Positions 29,992 through 39,359 of a stretch of 64,000 bases of DNA are shown piece by piece. Source of the stretch: Bifidobacterium breve. GTDB taxonomy: Bacteria > Bacteroidota > Bacteroidia > AKYH767-A > OLB10. The number at the start of each line of letters is the position of its first letter. The first letter of the stretch is position 1. Location: the NCBI GenBank assembly GCA_943329665.2, contig CALQEU020000009.1:19489-83488 (forward strand), written 5' to 3'. A model generated the notes under the pieces. The model was given only the letters and a program-made list of their open reading frames with translations, ran no database searches and was not told where the DNA came from. Made by a program: the position numbers and the translations under genes.

Positions 29992-32082
29992 ATGATGAAC
30001 ATTTCCCAGCTAAAACAGAATACATTGAATAAATCCTTAACGTATGTCCGCATTTGGACCATTGCCCTTATTGCCGTATTATTTGCTAGTAGCTCTTATG
30101 CTCAACCTCCTGGCTATCTTGAATTGCTCGGAAATGTGCAACAAGATGGTAAAGGATTAGAAGGTGCTGAAATTAAAGTGATGAAAGGCTTGGAGACTGC
30201 TGACAACTTACTTAGTTCTGCAGGAGGTAAATTTATTTTTAACCTTGATCTTGGTCATTTGTACACCATCGTCTTTTCAAAGAATGGTACCATTACAAAG
30301 TCAGTTTTAGTGGATACGAAAGTTCCAGAAAGCTATGAAACACAAATTTTCAGTTTTAAGTTTAAGATTGATTTGTTCAAAGCACCAGATGGTGTAGAAC
30401 AACCTAAAGAAGCAGCACCTCCCGTAACGAAATTAGGATACAGCGATGCGTATGAAGATTTCGATTACGATCCCGAATATTCGAAGTCGAGAAAAGTGGA
30501 GATGGATGTGGTGAAGCAGAAGATGGCTTCGGAAGTGGTGAAGCAGGAAGCACTACGTGCCAAAGCAGAAGAAAAAGCGCGTCAAGATTCACTCGCTCAA
30601 GCAAAGAAAGATGAACTCGCTGCTGATAAAGCACGTCGCGATTCGTTAGACAAAGTAAAAGAACAACAAAGAATTGAAGCAGCGAAGTTAGCCGCTATAG
30701 AGCAGGAGAAAAACGATTCTATTGCAAAGGAAAAAGCAAAACAAGAAGCGGCGACGGCTGCTCAATTGGCGAAAGAAAAAGCAAGTCAGGATAGTTTAGT
30801 CGCAGTTGAAAAAAGCCGACTCCAAGCCGAAGCAGCTGAGAAAGCTCGATTGCAAGCAGAGAAAGATTCATTAGCTCGCATAGAAGAAAAAGCAAAACAA
30901 GATTCTATTTTGTTAGCGAAAGAAAAAGAAAAACAAGAAGCCCTTGCTCGTAGTAAAGCAGAACAAGATTCCATCAATAAAGCGCGTGAAGAAGCAAAAA
31001 TTGCCGACGCCGCTCGTAAAGTGCGGGAGAAAGAAGTTGCCGATTCTCTCAATGTAGAGAAAGAAAAAGCTAGAATTGCAGCTTTGGAATTAGCAGCCGC
31101 AGAAAAAGTGAAGCAAGATAGTTTAGCAAAAGTAGAAAAGGAACGTGCAGCGACTGAATTAGCGGAGAAAGCACGATTGAAAGCAGAACAAGATGCCTTA
31201 GCACAAGCTCAAGAAAAGCAAAAGCAAGAAGAGTTGAAAGCTAAAAAAGAACGCGAACGTGTAGAAGCAGAAGCCGCCGCAAAAGCCGAAAAAGACAGTT
31301 TAGCAAAAGCAGCAGAGCAAGCCCGACTCGCAGAAGTTGAACGTAAAGCTCAAGAAAAAGCTGCGGCTGATGCATTAGCGAAAGAACAAGAGAAAGCGAA
31401 AGCAGAAGAAGCAGCACGACTAGCAAAAGAGAAAGCAGAAAAAGCTGCAGAGTTAGCCGCAGCTGAAGCCGCTCGTCAAAAAGCAATTGCTGATGCACAA
31501 GATAAAGCGCGTCAAGAAGAGTTGGCTAAAGTCGCTCGCGAACGTGCGGTGCAAGATTCTTTAGCTCAAGTAAGATCGAAGTTCAAGCAAGATTCTATTG
31601 CTCAAGCGAAGGTGAAAGCTTATGAGTTAGAGATAGCGCGTCAAGAAAAAATTAAACTAGAGAAAGATTCTTTAGCACAAGCGCAAAAGGAGCAAGAAGC
31701 AGAATCACTGCGTTTGGCTGCTGAATTGAAAAAGAAGCAAGAGGAAGATGCAGCGAAGAAACGTAATGATGATATAGAAGCACAGAAAAAAGCGTTGGCA
31801 GCTGCTGGAAAAGCAGATCCGAAGAAAGGAGTAAAAGACATAAAAGAATACAAAATTGACTTTGACAAGGAATTTGTGGTGGAAGGAATTACTCAAGATA
31901 CCATCGTAGAAGCGAATCGAACCGTGTTCCGCACCATAGTGAAATCTAATGCTGAAAAAGCAACGTACTTAAAAGTGTTATATAGCTATGGAGGATCCTT
32001 CTATTTTAAGAATGAACAAAGCATGACAGAGAATACGTATTTTATGCAGATTGATGAGCATAAGAAAGCGCTGGATAAGTAA
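29992..32082 (+). CDS. Large secreted/envelope coiled-coil protein with irregular K/E/A-rich DS[LI] repeats
   Basis: 696 aa. It has a signal-like N-terminus, a ~100-aa beta domain (carboxypeptidase-regulatory-like), ~430 aa of A/E/K/Q-rich helix with about 13 (Q/K/R/N/A)DS(L/I) motifs, and a globular C-terminal ~90 aa. Confidence 0.85.
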   Translation: MMNISQLKQNTLNKSLTYVRIWTIALIAVLFASSSYAQPPGYLELLGNVQQDGKGLEGAEIKVMKGLETADNLLSSAGGKFIFNLDLGHLYTIVFSKNGTITKSVLVDTKVPESYETQIFSFKFKIDLFKAPDGVEQPKEAAPPVTKLGYSDAYEDFDYDPEYSKSRKVEMDVVKQKMASEVVKQEALRAKAEEKARQDSLAQAKKDELAADKARRDSLDKVKEQQRIEAAKLAAIEQEKNDSIAKEKAKQEAATAAQLAKEKASQDSLVAVEKSRLQAEAAEKARLQAEKDSLARIEEKAKQDSILLAKEKEKQEALARSKAEQDSINKAREEAKIADAARKVREKEVADSLNVEKEKARIAALELAAAEKVKQDSLAKVEKERAATELAEKARLKAEQDALAQAQEKQKQEELKAKKERERVEAEAAAKAEKDSLAKAAEQARLAEVERKAQEKAAADALAKEQEKAKAEEAARLAKEKAEKAAELAAAEAARQKAIADAQDKARQEELAKVARERAVQDSLAQVRSKFKQDSIAQAKVKAYELEIARQEKIKLEKDSLAQAQKEQEAESLRLAAELKKKQEEDAAKKRNDDIEAQKKALAAAGKADPKKGVKDIKEYKIDFDKEFVVEGITQDTIVEANRTVFRTIVKSNAEKATYLKVLYSYGGSFYFKNEQSMTENTYFMQIDEHKKALDK

Positions 32083-32112
32083 TTCAGAATTCAGAATTAA
32101 GAATTCAGAATT
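32081..32112. repeat. Heptamer array AATTCAG x4 (one variant AATTAAG), overlapping the stop codon
   Basis: The sequence is aattcag aattcag aattaag aattcag aatt. Confidence 0.8.
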
Positions 32113-32244
32113 GGTATTATTTTAATGAAATGAAATTCAAAATTCTGTAAATTACTTTTTCTGGATCTCGAAATATTATAATTCATTCAAATCAAAAATA
32201 AAATTACGATCCTTGAGTTACTTTCAATTTTGAAAATAAAAAAT

Positions 32245-32269
32245 AATTCTGAATTCTTAATTCTTAATT
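32245..32269. repeat. Inverted partner of the AATTCAG heptamer array
   Basis: aattctg aattctt aattctt aatt is the reverse complement of the array at 32081-32112. The two arms flank about 130 bp of AT-rich DNA. Confidence 0.75.
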
Positions 32270-32328
32270 AAGTCTATCTGATAGTTGTAAATTGAATATT
32301 AGAATAAATACTATTAAAGAAAAAAAAC

Positions 32329-33183
32329 ATGCTCCTCGTCGCAGATTCAGGTTCTACAAAAGCAGATTGGTTGCTATTTGACGGTGAAAAAATAACTGGT
32401 CCTATTCACACGATGGGATTTAATCCGTTTTTTCACTCGAGCGAATTTGTGTTGGAAAGTTTGATGAAGTCGGAGGAGATGTTAGCCGTTCGTGATCAAA
32501 TAACGAGTGTGAAATTTTTTGGTGCAGGTTGTTCTAGTGATGATCGAAATGAAATTATTGCTTCTGGACTCAGAAACTTTTTTACAAAGGCCGATGTGTT
32601 GGTTGAACACGATTTGTTAGCCTGCGCTGTTGCCACATGTGGAAAAACAAAAGGCATCGCATGCATCATCGGCACAGGAAGTAATTCTTGTTATTTTGAT
32701 GGAGCAGAAGTACACGAAAGAAATTATGGCTTAGGTTATATTTTGGGGGACGAAGGAAGTGGTTCGTATTTCGGAAAAAAATTGCTGACCTATTATTTGT
32801 ACGAACGCCTTCCAGCCGATTTACAACAAGATTTTAAGGAGACATACCAACTCAGCAAGAATGATATTATCGATAAAGTGTATAAAGAACCGAATCCGAA
32901 TGTGTGGCTAGCTTCCTTTTCACGCTTTTTAACAAAACATCATGAGCATCCTTACATCAAGGAAATGATTTTACAAGGCATGCGCGAATTTTGTAATTTG
33001 TATGTCTGCGATTTCCCTACTTACAACACCGAAAAAGTACATTTCGTGGGATCTGTAGCATTTATTTTTTCTGCTGAATTACATCAAGTAGCTGCAGAAT
33101 TAGGATTCACGATTGGTAAAATTATTAAGCAGCCCATCGACGATTTGATGCAGCATTTTGTGGCACTCGAAAAACAGAAATAA
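32329..33183 (+). CDS. BadF/BadG/BcrA/BcrD-type ATPase (N-acetylglucosamine kinase-like)
   Basis: 284 aa. Contains LLVADSGSTKADW and IIGTGSNS, ASKHA phosphate-binding motifs. Confidence 0.8.
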   Translation: MLLVADSGSTKADWLLFDGEKITGPIHTMGFNPFFHSSEFVLESLMKSEEMLAVRDQITSVKFFGAGCSSDDRNEIIASGLRNFFTKADVLVEHDLLACAVATCGKTKGIACIIGTGSNSCYFDGAEVHERNYGLGYILGDEGSGSYFGKKLLTYYLYERLPADLQQDFKETYQLSKNDIIDKVYKEPNPNVWLASFSRFLTKHHEHPYIKEMILQGMREFCNLYVCDFPTYNTEKVHFVGSVAFIFSAELHQVAAELGFTIGKIIKQPIDDLMQHFVALEKQK

Positions 33184-33185
33184 TA

Positions 33186-33647
33186 TTATTTTAATTTGAC
33201 GCCTTCACCAACAAAAGGTGTTGCATTGCCACCGTTGCGGATAATGTCACGAATGATGGTGGATGATACTGGGGAGTATTGCGGCGATGCTAACATGAAT
33301 GTAGTTTCAATGCCGTTGTCTAAGTAGTGATTCATCTGTGCAATCGCTCTCTCAAATTCGAAATCGGCAGAAGTGCGTAAACCTCTTAAAATAAATCGAG
33401 CTTGAATTTTCCTGCAAAAATCGATGGTCAAGCCGCTGTATGATAATACCTCAACCTGGTCATATTCAGTAAAACTATCTTTGATCCATTGCACTCGATC
33501 TTGCAATGGAAACATGTATTTCTTAGAGGTGTTTTCGCCTACACCAATTATAATTTTGTCAAATAAATTTAAGGAACGTGTAATAACATCTACATGTCCA
33601 ATGGTGATGGGATCAAAACTGCCCGGGAAGAGTGCGATTTTTGACAT
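33186..33647 (-). CDS. coaD: Phosphopantetheine adenylyltransferase
   Basis: MSKIALFPGSFDPITIGH (the HxGH-type motif) and SSTIIRD. The ATG at 33645-33647 is preferred over the upstream alternative start at 33680. Confidence 0.92.
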   Translation of the reverse strand: MSKIALFPGSFDPITIGHVDVITRSLNLFDKIIIGVGENTSKKYMFPLQDRVQWIKDSFTEYDQVEVLSYSGLTIDFCRKIQARFILRGLRTSADFEFERAIAQMNHYLDNGIETTFMLASPQYSPVSSTIIRDIIRNGGNATPFVGEGVKLK

Positions 33648-33657
33648 AGTTTTTATT

Positions 33658-34233
33658 TTATTCGGTGGAGATGGATTCAATGGATGTAGTAGACGCTAAT
33701 GGCTGGAAGAATGAAAAGCTAACATTCCCGTATTTACGAGTATCTACATACCCTTCAATAGCTACTAAACTGTTTTTGCTGGCATGTTCAATGATGAGCA
33801 CACCGCCTTTGTTTAAGATATCTCCGTTGGATACGATGCTACATAATTCTTCAGCAGGCGTTTCTTCAAAGGGAGCATCGGCCAGGATGATATCGAATTT
33901 GCCCGGTTGATTTCGTAACCACTTTAACGCATCCGATTGTATGGCTTTAGCACTTCTGCTGGGATCGAGTTGCTCAAAACTTTGTTTAATGAATCGAATG
34001 CAAGCAGGATCTTTGTCGATGGCGATAACGTTGATGCAGCCCCGCGAAATGAATTCGTAGCTCAAACTTCCAGTGCCAGCGTATAAATCAACTACGGCTA
34101 ATTTTTTTAGATTGAATCGATGCGAAAGAATATTGAATAATCCCGATTTTGCATAATCCGTAGTAGGACGTACCACTAAATCTTTGGGCACATTTAATTG
34201 TTTACCCCGATGGGTTCCGCTTATGATACGCAC
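33658..34233 (-). CDS. rsmD: 16S rRNA (guanine966-N2)-methyltransferase
   Basis: MRIISGTHRGKQLNVP...RPTTD, SAM motif DLYAGTGS, and DAPF (the DPPY-like motif). Confidence 0.85.
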   Translation of the reverse strand: MRIISGTHRGKQLNVPKDLVVRPTTDYAKSGLFNILSHRFNLKKLAVVDLYAGTGSLSYEFISRGCINVIAIDKDPACIRFIKQSFEQLDPSRSAKAIQSDALKWLRNQPGKFDIILADAPFEETPAEELCSIVSNGDILNKGGVLIIEHASKNSLVAIEGYVDTRKYGNVSFSFFQPLASTTSIESISTE

Positions 34234-35108
34234 AATTCTTGGATAAATAAAGGATAATACTGTTGAGAAGAATATCTTTCGATGCCGTAGCTATAAGTAA
34301 CTCCATTAGACTTTTCTCCCATCGTAATATTTCGAATGTATTTACGAGCAAGCATCCAGTGACTCGAGATCTTTTCTATCTCTCCATAGCAACGCACCGC
34401 AACCTGATCTGGATTGAGCTGCAATTGCTCCATGGTGAAGAGGAGGTAGTACATGATGTCTTCGCTCGAGTGAAAACGATAACTGTTGTACAACTTCAAA
34501 TCACTGCCATGTGTAATTACCACATCGAAATATTGATTGCGAATTAAAACAGAAACCGTGGCTTCCGATTGCAATTTGTTCAGTCGAATTTGACTTTCAA
34601 TAAAAGCACTTCCTGCATGAAAGAGCGATGCATTTTTAAAACGATTCCCAGTCTCCTCTAATAATGCTGCTGGAACTCCATAAATGATATGTGCATTCGC
34701 CGAGGAAATCGCATCGGCATAAACATCTTGATCTTTACCTACATTACAGGTGAGTCCAAGAATTTCTTTAAGATGGTTTTTAGAGAAAAGAGGATTAGGC
34801 ACCAAGCTCTGTTGTTGCGAATAAACCGACAATACAATTTTATCAGGATTCAACTCTTTTAATATAACATCTTCCTCCAAAATGCGATTGAAGAAACCAG
34901 GCGTATAATCTTCTTCAGTATCTTGATCGTTCACCATTTGATAATCTCTCAGCACCACTGCCTTTTGTCGATCTTGATCAATCACTCCATAAAAAAATCG
35001 ACCTTTTTCCGCTACCATCAACAGCAATGCATTTTTCACCATGCCTTGAGAATAGCTCTCATCGGTCACCTGATTTTTCAGATTGATGCCTATTTCACTT
35101 TGAACCAT
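34221..35108 (-). CDS. DUF3822-like conserved protein
   Basis: 295 aa. It overlaps the rsmD start by 13 nt. The DUF3822-rsmD-coaD order is a synteny I recall from Bacteroidota. The family call is from memory. Confidence 0.65.
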   Translation of the reverse strand: MVQSEIGINLKNQVTDESYSQGMVKNALLLMVAEKGRFFYGVIDQDRQKAVVLRDYQMVNDQDTEEDYTPGFFNRILEEDVILKELNPDKIVLSVYSQQQSLVPNPLFSKNHLKEILGLTCNVGKDQDVYADAISSANAHIIYGVPAALLEETGNRFKNASLFHAGSAFIESQIRLNKLQSEATVSVLIRNQYFDVVITHGSDLKLYNSYRFHSSEDIMYYLLFTMEQLQLNPDQVAVRCYGEIEKISSHWMLARKYIRNITMGEKSNGVTYSYGIERYSSQQYYPLFIQELCVS

Positions 35109-35275
35109 AGGGCAAAAATAACGAATCTTGCCCTTATCGGCTTCGATTTTTGGCCTTGATAACTATTGAGTTGGCATCCCACTATAATTTGACTTACTAC
35201 CTTATAATCATTCACTTATAAATTCCATCAACCCTAAAGCCTAAATTTCCGATCTTCACCCAAAGAATCTTTCCC

Positions 35276-36733
35276 GTGACTTTGCAAGAACGCAGCCTTC
35301 AGGTTAAATCCAGAATTCATGAATATTTGAAGTTCCCGCCCACACCCGGACAGGAAAATTTTATTCATCAATTCTCTCAATTTGCATCGATCGAAGAACC
35401 CGGACTCTTTCTCTTGAAAGGGTATGCAGGCACGGGAAAAACAACGATGATGGCGGCGTTAACATCAGCTTATAAGAATATCGTTTTACTAGCGCCAACA
35501 GGAAGAGCCGCGAAAGTACTTTCATTTTATACGGGCAAACCTGCGTTCACCATTCATAAACATTTGTATGTTCCATCGCTGACTAGCGACGGACGCATGA
35601 TGTTGCGATTGATGGATAATACGTACAAAAAAACATTGTTCATTGTTGACGAGGCGTCCATGATTCCCGATGCGGCGATTGATGATAGCTCGAGTCCGTT
35701 TCCGGGTGTGAATCTCTTGCACGATTTAATTCAGTATGTGTACAGCAGTCCAAGTTGTCGATTAATGTTGGTGGGCGATGATGCACAGCTTCCTCCTGTA
35801 CATTTTGATAAAAGTCCGGCATTGGATCCTGAACATCTTCGTTACAAATACAGAAAGAAAGTGTACACCGCTGAGTTGAAAGAAGTGGTGCGACAACAAC
35901 AGCAAAGCGAAATCCTAACTAACGCTACGAATATACGAAATTTGATTACTGATGAATTCACCCTGCAGCAGGCTCAGGGTGCAGGAGTGGAGGGAAGTCT
36001 AAAAATTAAGTTGAAAGGAGATGTGGCGCAAGTGAATCCGCGAGACTTACCTGAGTTATTACATTCCCTCTTCAAAGACTACGGACAAGATCAAGTGATG
36101 GTAGTAACACGTTCCAACAAAGCCGCTATTCAGTACAACAAATTAATTCGCTTTCAAACCTTGTGGATGGAAGATGAAATAGGAGGGGGCGATAGTTTGA
36201 TGGTGGTAAAAAATAACTACACCAGTTTGCCGGCCGATCACCCGGCAGGATTTATTGCTAATGGAGATGTACTCGAAGTATTAAAAGTATTTCGCTTTGA
36301 GGAGCGCTATGGATTTCGTTTTGCGATGGCAAGTTTGCGCTTACCCGACTATCCCGACGAACCTGTTTTTGAAGCCATGATTCTTCTCGATACCTTATCA
36401 AGTGAAGCGCCCGCACTCTCTACTATCGATCAGAAAAAACTTTTTGATTCCTTGCACGAGTACTACGAAGGCGATGAGCCCGACAAACGCAAACGCAATG
36501 CATTAATAAAAGTAGATCCGCATTACAATGCGCTGCAGGTAAAATTCTCTTACGCCATCACTTGCCACAAAGCCCAGGGAGGACAATGGCCCGTTGTTTT
36601 TGTAGACCAGGGTTACCTCACCGATGAAATGTTGGGGGTTGAATATTATCGCTGGCTTTATACCGCTTTTACACGCGCTTCGTCGAAATTGTATTTGCTT
36701 AATTTTAATGAAAAGTTTTTGGAGGAAGAATAA
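35276..36733 (+). CDS. RecD-like / AAA_30 family ATP-dependent DNA helicase
   Basis: 485 aa with a GTG start. Walker A GYAGTGKTT, Walker B FIVDEASM, and the C-terminal UvrD_C_2-like motif YAITCHKAQGGQW. Confidence 0.85.
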   Translation: MTLQERSLQVKSRIHEYLKFPPTPGQENFIHQFSQFASIEEPGLFLLKGYAGTGKTTMMAALTSAYKNIVLLAPTGRAAKVLSFYTGKPAFTIHKHLYVPSLTSDGRMMLRLMDNTYKKTLFIVDEASMIPDAAIDDSSSPFPGVNLLHDLIQYVYSSPSCRLMLVGDDAQLPPVHFDKSPALDPEHLRYKYRKKVYTAELKEVVRQQQQSEILTNATNIRNLITDEFTLQQAQGAGVEGSLKIKLKGDVAQVNPRDLPELLHSLFKDYGQDQVMVVTRSNKAAIQYNKLIRFQTLWMEDEIGGGDSLMVVKNNYTSLPADHPAGFIANGDVLEVLKVFRFEERYGFRFAMASLRLPDYPDEPVFEAMILLDTLSSEAPALSTIDQKKLFDSLHEYYEGDEPDKRKRNALIKVDPHYNALQVKFSYAITCHKAQGGQWPVVFVDQGYLTDEMLGVEYYRWLYTAFTRASSKLYLLNFNEKFLEEE

Positions 36734-36790
36734 AAACAATCGCTGCTTCCGTTGCTTAAACACTGCGATCGCTGCGCTTAAATGGAGTCT

Positions 36791-37489
36791 CTATCGTACT
36801 AAAGCACTCTTCTCCACCCGCTCACAACAAGCATCCGGATTCTCTTTCAACATCACCCCACGTTGTATTAAAAATAACGCCAAAACAATCGCTACCACCG
36901 GACTTATTTTTTGCACCCAATTCCTAGCTTTTATACTGATAAAACTTCCTGACAAGGATAACACCAACATCATCGGTATGGTTCCCAATCCAAATAAAGC
37001 CATATAACTCATCCCTTCTAAAACACCATGGCTGCTTGCTGCACCCGCCAAGGCCAAGTACACAAATCCACAGGGCAAAAATCCATTCAGCACTCCAATA
37101 AAATATAAGGAGGCAAACGATTTTTTTTGCATGAAACTACCCAATGCTTTTTTGAGAAAGGCAGTAAATTTATAAATGCGATGATTGATTTTAGTTTGTA
37201 CTGCTTGGGTATTGAATAAAACAAAAAGAATGATGATGATTCCACTCAAAATACTAATGTCACTTTGCCATCCATTGATGCTAAGTGAATGTCCGAATAA
37301 TCCTGCAAGTGCGCCGAAAATAGAGTAGGTGGTTACTCTTCCTATATTGTAAAGCAAGCGAGAAACAAAGAGTGAAGTCATTTGTTGATCGCGGTTGGGT
37401 AAAGCCATAGCGATGGGACCACACATGCCTGCACAGTGAAAGCTTCCAAAAAAGCCAATGGTTAATGCCGACCAAAGAAATAAATCCAT
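36791..37489 (-). CDS. TauE/SafE or DsbD_2-like membrane protein of the cbb3 maturation cluster
   Basis: N-terminus MDLFLWSALTIGFFGSFHCAGMCGPIA plus six TM segments. The ATG at 37489 overlaps the fixH stop codon by 1 nt (TAATG). The longer track ORF is rejected. Confidence 0.75.
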   Translation of the reverse strand: MDLFLWSALTIGFFGSFHCAGMCGPIAMALPNRDQQMTSLFVSRLLYNIGRVTTYSIFGALAGLFGHSLSINGWQSDISILSGIIIILFVLFNTQAVQTKINHRIYKFTAFLKKALGSFMQKKSFASLYFIGVLNGFLPCGFVYLALAGAASSHGVLEGMSYMALFGLGTIPMMLVLSLSGSFISIKARNWVQKISPVVAIVLALFLIQRGVMLKENPDACCERVEKSALVR

Positions 37490-37929
37490 TATTGAATGAT
37501 GATTTTTTCTTCTTGATAGTAGGATGTGTCGTTTGTACTCCAACTTGATTTAACTCTCCACAAACCTTTGGAGAGTTTATCTGTTGGAATATTTTGAACT
37601 CCGTCTGCTATGTCTATCGGAATTTTAAAATCGAGTTTAGAGTTATCAGGACGAAAGAGCACAATTTCTCCCGTTGTATTATTTGGAGTACTGTTTTCCG
37701 GAAAGACAATTTGAATATTGCTATGTTTAGGAGAATAAACAACCGCAAGTTTAACATCCAACTTTTCGCTGTTGTTCAGTCGATCTATTTTATCCTGAAA
37801 CTTTAATTCTTGTGCATAATAGTCAGTGCTGACTAAATCAACACTTTGCTGCGTGCATTTATACACTAAAAAGAGCATGCCGCCAACAAATGCAGTGTAG
37901 AGTAATATAATTCGTAGTCCCCAGTTCAT
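37489..37929 (-). CDS. FixH/CcoH-like protein
   Basis: 146 aa with a single N-terminal TM segment. It sits between ccoG and the TauE-like gene. FixH-like length and topology. Confidence 0.78.
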   Translation of the reverse strand: MNWGLRIILLYTAFVGGMLFLVYKCTQQSVDLVSTDYYAQELKFQDKIDRLNNSEKLDVKLAVVYSPKHSNIQIVFPENSTPNNTTGEIVLFRPDNSKLDFKIPIDIADGVQNIPTDKLSKGLWRVKSSWSTNDTSYYQEEKIIIQ

Positions 37930-37934
37930 CTTTT

Positions 37935-39356
37935 TTATGGTGTTGGTCCAATGAAGTTTGATTCTTCTTCACCGAGTTTTTTTCCTTGTGAGAGCACTTG
38001 TATTTTAATTTTTGTTTTTGATTTTACTATCTCTTTTTGATCTAAGATCACAAAGAATTCGCCTTCGGCAATATCTTGTTCTTTTAATTCTGTAAAGTTT
38101 TTTCCTACCCACTGAATTGTTCCTTTTGGCTCTACAATTTTTATTTCGATGGGCAAATTATTAAACGTTTTGTTCACCACTTTTATATTGTAAAGGTTGC
38201 TCACTTTCTGATTGGGCAACTCTTGGTAAAGCATTCCGGGGGTTCTTAAAATGGTAGCTTCCACATCGGTTCGTATAGCCAGTAATGTGATGAGGGCCCC
38301 CAGTAAAATAAAGAGAACTACGGAGTAGCCAATGATACGTGTGGTTACTTTGAATTTAATTCCTTTAGCAATGGCATTTTCACTGGTGTATCGAATAAGT
38401 CCGCGTGGCAAATCAACTTTGTCCATGATGGAATCACAAGCGTCAATGCAAGCGGTACAGTTCACACATTCCAATTGGGTACCGTTTCTGATATCAATTC
38501 CCGTAGGGCATACTTGCACACACTGATGGCAATCGATACAATCACCAGCCTTCCGCTCTTGTCCCTTGTGCAATTTCTCACGAGGCTCACCACGGTTGTA
38601 ATCATAGGCGATGACCACTGAATTTTTATCCAACAACACACCTTGTAAACGACCATAAGGACAAACTACAATGCATGCTTGTTCTCTAAACTTAGTGTAC
38701 ACACCGTAAAACACCAAGGTAAAAATGGACAAGCTAATGAGTCCACCCAAATGTTGGGAAGGACCTTCACTTATTATTTCGAATAACTTATCAACTCCAA
38801 TGATGTAAGCTAAGAATGTATTGGCGATGATAAAAGAGATAATAAAGAAAATACTATTCTTTAAAAACTTCTTTCTAAATTTTATGGGATTGGGCGACTC
38901 TGCATTCAATGCTTTTTGCTGCATATAATCGCCTTCTATTAAGTATTCAATTTTACGGAACACCATCTCCATAAAAATAGTTTGAGGACAAGCCCATCCA
39001 CACCAAATACGTCCAAAGAGTGCAGTAAACAATATGATGAACACAATAAATGTTAGCATGGCTAACACAAACAGATGGAAGTCTTGTGGCCAAAATGCAA
39101 TTCCAAATAAAATAAATTTACGCTCTAATATATTAAAAAGCATTAAGGGATGCCTCTTAATTTTCATAAACGGACCACTAAAAAGTAAAATCAAAAAGAA
39201 AATACTTACTGCAGTACGCTTATTATAAAAATCTCCTTTTGGCTTTTTCGGATAGATCCAATTCCGTTTTCCATCCTCTGAAATCGTCGCAACGGTATCG
39301 CGAAAACTTCCTTTTGGATCGGGAAGGGGAGGAGCTATGGGATTAGGATCTGACAA
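37935..39356 (-). CDS. ccoG: Cytochrome c oxidase accessory protein CcoG/FixG (4Fe-4S ferredoxin)
   Basis: 473 aa. Cys clusters CIDCHQCVQVCP and CVNCTACIDAC, plus CGWACPQT. A TTG start lies 4 nt after the ccoP stop codon. Confidence 0.9.
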   Translation of the reverse strand: MSDPNPIAPPLPDPKGSFRDTVATISEDGKRNWIYPKKPKGDFYNKRTAVSIFFLILLFSGPFMKIKRHPLMLFNILERKFILFGIAFWPQDFHLFVLAMLTFIVFIILFTALFGRIWCGWACPQTIFMEMVFRKIEYLIEGDYMQQKALNAESPNPIKFRKKFLKNSIFFIISFIIANTFLAYIIGVDKLFEIISEGPSQHLGGLISLSIFTLVFYGVYTKFREQACIVVCPYGRLQGVLLDKNSVVIAYDYNRGEPREKLHKGQERKAGDCIDCHQCVQVCPTGIDIRNGTQLECVNCTACIDACDSIMDKVDLPRGLIRYTSENAIAKGIKFKVTTRIIGYSVVLFILLGALITLLAIRTDVEATILRTPGMLYQELPNQKVSNLYNIKVVNKTFNNLPIEIKIVEPKGTIQWVGKNFTELKEQDIAEGEFFVILDQKEIVKSKTKIKIQVLSQGKKLGEEESNFIGPTP

Positions 39357-39359
39357 GTT

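Noticed and set aside
30404-31896. Five minus-strand ORFs (63-88 aa) inside the coiled-coil gene
   Set aside because: They are artefacts of the A/E/K codon repeats (GCN/GAR/AAR) being open on the opposite strand.
36791-37543. Longer TauE-like ORF (250 aa) overlapping fixH by 55 nt
   Set aside because: The extra N-terminal 18 residues are hydrophilic and non-conserved-looking. The ATG at 37489 forms a TAATG stop/start overlap with fixH, the usual coupling arrangement.
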